Shown here in pieces: positions 60,401 through 64,000 of a stretch of DNA of 64,000 nucleotides (positions are counted from its first letter, which is position 1; every line of letters starts with the position of its first letter). The position numbers and the translations under genes were made by a program. The notes beneath the pieces are model-generated. The model saw only the letters and a list, made by a program, of their open reading frames with translations. It did no database searches and was not told the origin of the DNA. Origin of the DNA: Phoronis australis. Lineage: Eukaryota; Animalia; Phoronida. The DNA lies in contig NMRA01000385.1 of assembly GCA_002633005.1 (NCBI GenBank), forward strand, positions 251,839 to 315,838, in the 5' to 3' direction.

Positions 60401-62362
60401 CTAACCTTGGAGAAAAGGTTTTAGTGCAAGAAAGACAAGACCTAGTACAGATGGGTTGGAGCGATATGCCTAAATCTGTAAAGTGGGTCGGTGAGTACTG
60501 TAGGAACAAGGTCACTATGCCTTTACCTGACACCTATAGTGTTCTTGTTACTGGCATGGCCATTGCTGCCACTGAAATTTTGGGTTAGAGTCGAGTCTGA
60601 GTTTGGAGTTTAGACCCAGTGGTAATATTTTGCATTGTTCCCTACACTAAATATGAGGTCAAAGTTGCTTGTTGCATTGTATTGTTGCATCTATTTGCCT
60701 TTCTGTTAAATGATAATGCCTCATGCATTCTTTGTCAATAAGTTAACTTTCAAATTTGGTTTCAGAACTGGAAGTGAAGATGTCAGACTCCATCAATCGA
60801 GAGTTCATGCCCAAAGCAAAGATTGGAACACAAAAGAGTCACAATGCAACACTCAAAGATGGCAAAATTTGCTCTGATGGTATGAACTTAAGTATTACAC
60901 AAGTTGGTGTAACGAGTTTCATAAAAATGTCAGATTGTTACGTGCTTCACTGGGTAAAAATGTTCAATATGGTCCAAGCTAGTGGCTAGATTCCTGCCTG
61001 TCAGTATTAAGCACCTGGTGCAAATGACCATATCCACAAAAGACACCCCGTTGTGATCACATCAAGCAAATTTATAAGCTCAGTATACCCTTACCTCTTC
61101 ACCATCACTCTTTGATGGTACTACATTCAGGTAAGTGCATGTCCTGTTTTTCAGTTAAGCACACAAGTTAAATCTCTTCACCGTCGTGAATCCAGTCATT
61201 CCTTATCACTGATATTTGCCTCTCTTAGCTAATTCCAAACAATTTAAGCTGGGCATAAAACTACAGATGGTATGGTATTGCAGCTATTGAAATCCCAACT
61301 GGTGAATTACATTCAACTTTGGCAGTTGGGAAATGATGTTTAGTACTTAATGTAAAAGCCTTCTTGATTGCAAATACGGTTGACGGCGATGGTTTTTACC
61401 CCTGGCATTTCTAAAATGTATTGGATCTGTTTACACCAACTTTGAATCTAGGCATTTACATACGTGTTGGTCAGTCATTTCTGCGACCATCTGTAGATGT
61501 CGCAGTATTGTCACAAGGAGGAACGCAGGTATATAGTCATGACTTTTTTTTCTTGGTGCATGGCAGGATTTGAACCTGGGACCTTTCACTCAGTTTTCAA
61601 TACTGCACTCAAACCACTAGTCCACTGAGTCATCTATTAACTTTGAGGTAAATTTGCTGTACATCTTCCTTATAGCCTCAGGACTGGTAGCCAGCTGTGT
61701 CGCAATTGGCTGCTTGCTAGACTGACTGAAGACATTGCCGTATAGATTCATGTGTTTTTCTTTTAGTACAACCAGGTATCCTCAGTCACATTGTTTCACT
61801 GGATTTTTTTTTTCAAATATTGAGATGGTTTTTGTCTGATTTCCATCTGAGGTTTTGCCGTAACTTCGCAGAATCTATAGCTTATGAAAAAGAAAATGAG
61901 AATCTCATTGGATTTCAGCAGATTACATGATGTTCTCACTGCAAGAACAGTTAGAAAATTTAAAAATGTTTACTTAACTCATTGGCTAGTGGGAAAATAG
62001 TAGGAATTTAGTGAGAATTTCAGACTTGTTTATTTCTTTAGTGGAAATAACTGAGATTACTGCTTACTTTCAGGATAAGAATCCTTAAACTTTAGCACAA
62101 GGTATACTAAGTTGAGTTTCAATGAAATCTGTTTGCTGTTTTGAAACTTACACTATGTAATATTTGCCAGGCTTTGCTTGTGATCAGAAGCTGTCAGATT
62201 TGAAGAAGAAGAGCGTTGATGACGCAGACAGTGTAGCTAGCAATAAGTATGGTGACAATAAGATGAAGTTGGAGCCAGGAGCCTGCATGAAGGTGAAACT
62301 TGAAGTAGAAGGAGTGAACCACATGAAGTCTGATTTGAGCCTAAAAGAGATCTGTACGAAAA
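3607..62362 (+). CDS. Partial multi-exon gene (34 exons in window, ~2,520 aa): giant, probably extracellular protein with a PAN/apple-like module, many FN3-like repeats and a Thr-rich segment; both ends outside window
   Basis: Manual exon chaining: every junction is GT-AG with matching phase, summed length 7558 nt, no internal stop. Recurrent D-x-TPP / W..F-x-D-x-ESGI / IGT / YY..V-x-A-x-N motifs. Confidence 0.9.
4158..4301 (+). CDS. exon 2 (VQLKSSAGWSYYER...VTNSLGYR)
   Basis: tacag acceptor, gtaaga donor, phase 0/0. Confidence 0.85.
4736..4991 (+). CDS. exon 3 (NFINPGPG..IIDFTPPDP...TSYLN)
   Basis: ttgcag / gtattg, phase 0/1, DxTPP motif. Confidence 0.88.
5189..6858. mobile_element. Non-autonomous Kolobok-like DNA transposon
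   Basis: TTAA on both sides (5185-5188, 6859-6862); TIR aggagaatgccaccc / gggtggcatgctcct. Confidence 0.85.
6919..7121 (+). CDS. exon 4 (ANWDEFEDKDSGMFGYTW...YYFTVQ)
   Basis: ttttcag / gtgaca, phase 1/0, W..FxDxxSG motif. Confidence 0.9.
7455..7637. repeat. Dispersed repeat (second copy ~20920-21099), both ending gcacagagTTAA
   Basis: Shared ccctttgtattgatgtagatctgagctaat...ctactttcttaacaatggtggt...tttgcacagagttaa. Confidence 0.75.
7638..7924. mobile_element. Left-end fragment of the same Kolobok-like family as 5189-6858
   Basis: TTAA + aggagaatgccacccgatttaattagtc..., colinear with 5189-5460. Confidence 0.85.
9382..9550 (+). CDS. exon 5 (GLNDVVFGG...IIDITPP...DDLS)
   Basis: ctatag / gtgagt, phase 0/1. 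Confidence 0.9.
9850..10148. repeat. 24-bp minisatellite (tgatgtcacatccactgtttctga)n, intronic
   Basis: About 12 degenerate units; generates spurious ORFs on both strands. Confidence 0.9.
10192..10368 (+). CDS. exon 6 (GLSLVEFGLGRSKYD...WIRLQILNN)
   Basis: atacag / gtagac, phase 1/1; not in ORF track. Confidence 0.85.
11173..11350 (+). CDS. exon 7 (VELFVAG..VDKSPPIAGTVYDG...WVYFFDPHSGIM)
   Basis: ttgcag / gtaaga, phase 1/2, full repeat motif. Confidence 0.92.
11617..13290. mobile_element. Kolobok-like TIR element spanning the assembly gap
   Basis: TTAA flanks (11613-11616, 13291-13294); TIR ggtaggtgtatacac / gtgtatccacctacc (14/15). Confidence 0.8.
12399..13070. other. Assembly gap (N run)
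   Basis: 672 Ns. Confidence 1.
13514..13582 (-). mobile_element. tRNA-derived SINE head / tRNA pseudogene
   Basis: Minus strand A box TAGCCAAATGG and B box GGTTCGATTCC at tRNA spacing; anticodon arm degenerate. Confidence 0.55.
14934..15029 (+). repeat. 3 x 32-bp perfect tandem repeat spanning the exon 8 splice acceptor
   Basis: Unit acttttacaggtattatgtacgcatgggttct at 14934, 14966, 14998. Confidence 0.97.
15008..15201 (+). CDS. exon 8 (YYVRMGSTPGGYD...YYTMVTASNRG...SDG)
   Basis: Third of three identical ttttacag acceptors is the only in-frame one; gtaagt donor; phase 2/1. Confidence 0.88.
16027..16261. mobile_element. MITE with CAGTGGCRGATCT-type TIRs and 5-bp TSD
   Basis: cagtggcagatctac...gtagatccgcctctg; ctgtg on both sides. 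Confidence 0.8.
16385..16495 (+). CDS. exon 9 (VKVDLTPPVQGNVTD...AQWD)
   Basis: ttccag / gtatgt, phase 1/1. Confidence 0.9.
17410..17680 (+). CDS. exon 10 (GFSDPESNITKY...KIDLTPP...)
   Basis: ttttcag / gtaaaa, phase 1/2. Confidence 0.92.
18705..18819 (+). CDS. exon 11 (YQKYDDRLLLSWEYVDVESGIAEYRY...EQ)
   Basis: atacag / gtactg, phase 2/0. Confidence 0.88.
19272..19463 (+). CDS. exon 12 (VHPLVG...YCFKVIAING...IDVTPPSMRK)
   Basis: ttttag / gtaagg, phase 0/0. Confidence 0.9.
19624..19860 (+). CDS. exon 13 (VHVG...YWSGFDFQSGISKYFVAIGT...LGLQ)
   Basis: tcacag / gtaaac, phase 0/0. Confidence 0.92.
23953..24181 (+). CDS. exon 14 (PFSTSSLYYYISVKCVNGAG...GVVFDG...CGII)
   Basis: ttccag / gtaaga, phase 0/1. 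Confidence 0.9.
24515..24642 (+). CDS. exon 15 (GYDWGIGSQAGYTDLQPF...LTKEK)
   Basis: ttttag / gtatta, phase 1/0. Confidence 0.88.
24803..25496 (-). mobile_element. Probable solo LTR (TG..CA) with TATA box, polyA signal and heat-shock-element cluster
   Basis: Minus strand begins TGTCAGAATATAGTCTGACA and ends TGTCACA; TATAAATA at 25153-25160; AATAAA at 24839-24844; no TSD found. Confidence 0.6.
25173..25374. promoter_or_regulatory. Cluster of HSF-binding (nGAAn inverted-array) elements
   Basis: TTCtaGAActTTCctGAA (25203-25220), TTCcaGAAagTTC (25298-25310), TTCtgGAA (~25174), GAAtgTTC (~25258), GAAagTTC (~25367). Confidence 0.55.
26484..26694 (+). CDS. exon 16 (AFVTVRAITG...SDGFQLDSTPP...FQWNSTDY)
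   Basis: tggcag / gtaggt, phase 0/1. Confidence 0.9.
26782..26920. mobile_element. Small MITE-like element with internal duplication
   Basis: catgggc...gcccatg termini; two ggggctatagccc hairpins; no TSD. Confidence 0.45.
27323..27450 (+). CDS. exon 17 (GIENKTMYYRVGSLPGTGD...QGQL)
   Basis: caacag / gtaaga, phase 1/0. Confidence 0.88.
27690..31260. repeat. Degenerate macrosatellite-like array (~700-800-bp unit, at least 4 copies) rich in the CGTAATATTACG palindrome
   Basis: Unit marker ttgaacrrttgtttgaracac-like at ~27704, 28505, 29196, 29966; aagcgaccgtaatattacgc recurs. Confidence 0.85.
32153..32339 (+). CDS. exon 18 (VFGELRSVD...VDVTPP...SWNIVSDNESSVT)
   Basis: ccatag / gtgagt, phase 0/1. 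Confidence 0.9.
32562..32782 (+). CDS. exon 19 (YMAIAVGTS...KYFATLHVKN...IDPPTARE)
   Basis: cttcag / gtaatt, phase 1/0. Confidence 0.9.
33535..34486 (+). mobile_element. Helentron-associated (HINE/DINE-1-like) non-autonomous element
   Basis: Subterminal IR atgcgcccac / gtgggcgcat, gtcc/gtct microsatellite, internal tandem units with gaaatttgg, ctcttgt end; paralog at 58400-59648. Confidence 0.75.
34570..35090. repeat. ~39-bp minisatellite (ccactgttacaggttaaaat...) ending just before the exon 20 acceptor
   Basis: About 13 degenerate units. Confidence 0.88.
35106..35179 (+). CDS. exon 20 (VVCQISQRFVDVEWQPFTDSTPLD)
   Basis: gttcag / gtttgt, phase 0/2; needed to bridge phases; W..FxD motif. 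Confidence 0.82.
35310..35517. repeat. ~27-bp degenerate minisatellite (gatcttgttcacatggtt...)
   Basis: Direct repeats visible. Confidence 0.7.
35528..35931. mobile_element. Right-end fragment of the Kolobok-like family at 5189-6858, with an internal ~88-bp duplication
   Basis: Colinear with 6523-6858; ends ggtgacattctcct+TTAA. Confidence 0.8.
36035..36141 (+). CDS. exon 21 (RYEIALGTAQ...GLNLAA)
   Basis: ttctag / gtacga, phase 2/1. Confidence 0.88.
36955..37191 (+). CDS. exon 22 (GMSIRATVRAVNKAGL...VEWAIYRAD)
   Basis: cttcag / gtgagt, phase 1/1. Confidence 0.9.
37666..37701 (+). CDS. candidate 36-nt symmetric microexon 23 (GNSKPVLQFETP)
   Basis: Strong pyrimidine tract + tag acceptor, weak gtttca donor, phase 1/1; not required for frame. 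Confidence 0.4.
38402..39649 (+). CDS. exon 24 (1248 nt, about three FN3-like repeats)
   Basis: taatag / gtaagg, phase 1/1; overlaps the 406-aa ORF 38452-39672. Confidence 0.95.
40019..40125 (+). CDS. exon 25 (VVGSIVDGNSWYKDITY...KEQ)
   Basis: ttttcag / gtcagt, phase 1/0. Confidence 0.88.
41132..41333 (+). CDS. exon 26 (LNCPDTRD...YMKCA)
   Basis: ttgcag / gtatga, phase 0/1. Confidence 0.8.
42366..42408. repeat. (CA)n microsatellite in LINE 3' UTR
   Basis: Direct. Confidence 0.95.
42430..45595 (-). pseudogene. LINE ORF2: APE endonuclease, reverse transcriptase, CCHC; internal deletion between EN and RT
   Basis: LNCRGLN, DLDGRY, VYFPN, KSPGNDG, WRPISLLNTDYK, GVRQGD, QYADD, CASCG..ETFNHMFVEC. 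Confidence 0.92.
45830..46413 (-). pseudogene. LINE ORF1 (coiled coil + RRM-like: LEQHSRRNSLRIYGLKE, PRPNIVKF, ILEDRT)
   Basis: L1-type ORF1 motifs split across frames. Confidence 0.85.
46984..47207 (+). CDS. exon 27 (GIYGEAET...PPTRPPTVAT)
   Basis: tttcag / gtaaga, phase 1/0. Confidence 0.85.
48409..48549. mobile_element. Small palindromic MITE-like element
   Basis: Arms cgttcagtagacgctaggacctacgcta / tagcgaggtcctagcgctactgaacg. Confidence 0.55.
49943..50207 (+). CDS. exon 28 (VKPCKGNC + Thr-rich mucin-like tract + GFGLTFF)
   Basis: tcttag / gtaagg, phase 0/1; Thr codons mixed acc/aca/act/acg. Confidence 0.85.
50794..51241. mobile_element. 120-bp inverted repeat pair resembling Penelope-like element ends
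   Basis: Arms 50794-50913 and 51122-51241; (ct)gataaagacctgg-cgga-ccaggttgaaacgtc motif. Confidence 0.6.
52168..52383 (+). CDS. exon 29 (GFQRGNRTKVWFAKMWAR...LYENGEESITLT)
   Basis: ttcaag (AAG) acceptor / gtgagt, phase 1/1. Confidence 0.8.
52774..53360. repeat. Diverged ~110-bp direct repeats (52774-52882, 53242-53360); enclosed segment has an inverted paralog at ~63535-63688
   Basis: tttgcatactatagttattaacaagaggttgttag shared; atgatcgacagatgtcccgaataa / ttattcgggacatatgtcgatcat. Confidence 0.7.
53694..54281 (+). CDS. exon 30 (GVRPPKK...PFYDFESHIG...VDITPP...TTFS)
   Basis: ccccag-type acceptor (ctcccag) / gtaagt, phase 1/1. Confidence 0.92.
54911..55152 (+). CDS. exon 31 (STANTMGAMWD...YYVALRATNVAGLSSVRSCVLT); 3' end duplicated 10x
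   Basis: tttaag / first gtgagt at 55153, phase 1/0. Confidence 0.88.
55121..55629 (+). repeat. 10 x 51-bp tandem repeat spanning the exon 31 splice donor
   Basis: Units at 55121, 55172, 55223, 55274, 55325, 55376, 55427, 55478, 55529 (1-bp deletion), 55579. Confidence 0.97.
56567..56632 (+). pseudogene. RNase H C-terminal fragment of a non-LTR retrotransposon
   Basis: Translates IIVAWIPGHLGIQGNEAADRL, the canonical WxxGH..GNE.AD.L motif. Confidence 0.75.
56724..58110. mobile_element. pogo/Tc1-mariner-like non-autonomous element
   Basis: TA flanks; TIR ttgcatttgccctaataac / gttattagggcaaatacgg. Confidence 0.7.
58400..59648 (+). mobile_element. Second HINE/DINE-1-like element (same family as 33535-34486, more internal units)
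   Basis: tatacgcccacatatt start; gcattcgtgggcgcatttcaatg..cgcgttgctcttgt end. Confidence 0.75.
60337..60490 (+). CDS. exon 32 (LSTQAPNVT...GWSDMPKSVKWV)
   Basis: tttcag / gtgagt, phase 0/1. Confidence 0.85.
60766..60879 (+). CDS. exon 33 (ELEVKMSD...GKICSD)
   Basis: tttcag / gtatga, phase 1/1. Confidence 0.78.
61556..61627 (-). mobile_element. tRNA-derived SINE head
   Basis: Minus strand TGGACTAGTGG (A box) and GGTTCAAATCC (B box). Confidence 0.5.
62171..62362 (+). CDS. exon 34 (GFACDQK...LEPGACMKVKLEVEGVNH...ICTK)
   Basis: tgccag / gtaagg, phase 1/1. Confidence 0.82.
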
Positions 62363-62558
62363 GTAAGGTCTTCTGCGTGTTACTTTTTTCAATGCATCAG
62401 AACATAATGTTCTGCAGACAGGCCCATCGATAATTAGTTTCTTACAGGGATCCTGCATTTTGAGCACCTGTTTTCTCCTCTGAATAACCGGCATCAAACT
62501 AGTTCTCAAAGTCCAAGGTTACCGCTGGCCCACCTGTAGATATGCCCTCTGGATATAT

Positions 62559-62726
62559 CAGGGGCGGATCCAGGATTTTGAGTTAGGGGGGAGGGGGGGC
62601 AGGGCAGAGTATTAGCCAGGATTTTGGCACCAGTCAGACATTCACGCCCCTGAACTGCCAAATGGAATCTGGGAGAATTTTAGGGGGGGGCATGGCCCCC
62701 TTGCCCCCCCTCTAAATCTGCCACTG
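62559..62726. mobile_element. MITE, same terminus type as 16027-16261
   Basis: caggggcggatcca...taaatctgccactg; tatat on both sides. Confidence 0.75.
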
Positions 62727-64000
62727 TATATATTAGAAAATTTTCCACAGGATATGCACCATGCATGCCTCTAGGGGAAAGTTCAAAATTTGATTGAATT
62801 CTGGAAGTTTCCCCAGTGTCATAGGAAATGGAGACAAATTTTTGGTTTTCAGCAATAAATTCCTGCTGGTGGGACATTCATGTAATGCCATGTTGTATAT
62901 TAATCTTAGTCACTTGCTACAAGATGGAGTCACTAAAGCATATACTTGATACTCCTAATTATAAATTCGTGTTTATATTAATTTTGGATTTGACTTTTGT
63001 AACCTAAACCGATATTTTTCAACTATATGCCATGAGCTGGTCTGCAAAAACACTGTAACGTTAACTAGATATCTTTGAAAAGTATTCAGTATACACACCA
63101 AAATTAATCACACACGAGAGAAAATCACATGTTATTCCTGTCGTGACGGTTGAGTGCAAACAGAATTAATCATCTTAAGCAGCAGCTCATCGTCATGAGT
63201 GGAAAATTTGGAGAATTTGTCAGAAAGCCCAAATGGAAATTTTGAAAGCTTATCACTATTCCTATAGCTAGAATCGTATAGAAAGCCAGAACAGGATCTG
63301 ATCAAGTGTAAACAAACCTTGTAATAGTTCAACATGGTTTGCATCAATTAGTGTATTAACTGACTGCTGTAGCAGCATCGGACAATTGTCAATTAAGATT
63401 ATAGCAAATATGACTTGCCTTGACAAGTTATTACCGATCTTGTTCAGATGGAATAAGGCAGAGAAAAATCTGCAGGTGGAAGTGGCCGTCATGACAGTGG
63501 AAATGGAGATCATCGTTTTTATTTCCTTAATATGTTTATTCGCTATCTATTACTTGTAATTGTATTAGTCATAATAAATGACCTGATATCACCTTCCTCA
63601 GTCTGCTTTTCATCTCTGGTAACGAGCTTGTGCCGCACATATCATTTATATATTATTCGGGACATATGTCGATCATAAACAATATTTTCTCTTTTGGGGT
63701 GTACTGTACGTTTCTTTTTTTTCTCATTGTCACTTTTCAGTGGTACCAGAATAATGTGCTTCATTTAACCCATTTCTGAAATTAAGTGGATTTAAATTTA
63801 ATTAATTTAAGTAGATTATTTTTATTCTGACTTATAACTCATCTTGTTTGCAAGATTGTTGGCTAGGTTTAAAGCGGCTGTGAACCTCACTTTCTGTCAA
63901 AAAGAGCAACTACTTCGATTTTGACCTTGGATGAAATTCATTTGAATTTATTCCTTTCAGACTGTAGATAAGAAGTGAATTCATTTATTGGGACTAACAA

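Noticed and set aside
61005-61130. Extra 126-nt exon ending at a perfect CAG|GTAAGT
   Set aside because: In-frame TGA after 7 codons in the required phase; exons 33 and 34 join without it.

Overview
AT-rich eukaryotic (animal, probably marine invertebrate) genomic DNA with no prokaryotic features. The window lies inside one very large + strand gene whose start and stop codons are outside it. I reconstructed 34 GT-AG exons (3607-62362) by hand. All junction phases are compatible, giving about 7.56 kb or about 2,520 aa of open frame. The protein has a PAN/apple-like Cys module, then many divergent fibronectin-III-like repeats (D-x-TPP..G-x-V-x-DG..W..F-x-D-x-ESGI..Y..IGT..YY..V-x-A-x-N) and a Thr-rich segment. 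The introns are packed with mobile DNA: a Gypsy-type LTR element collapsed at an N, a solo LTR with a heat-shock-element cluster, a degenerate L1/Tx1 LINE with both ends and a 9-bp TSD, Kolobok-like TTAA elements, a pogo-like element, 5-bp-TSD MITEs, two Helentron/HINE-like elements carrying CTCF-like motifs, Penelope-like inverted ends, tRNA-derived SINE heads, and mini/macrosatellites. The most unusual signal is tandem duplication centred on splice junctions: a 3x32-bp acceptor repeat containing CAG|GT, and a 10-copy 51-bp donor repeat that stays in frame for 8 copies. All coordinates were read by eye and may be off by a few bases.
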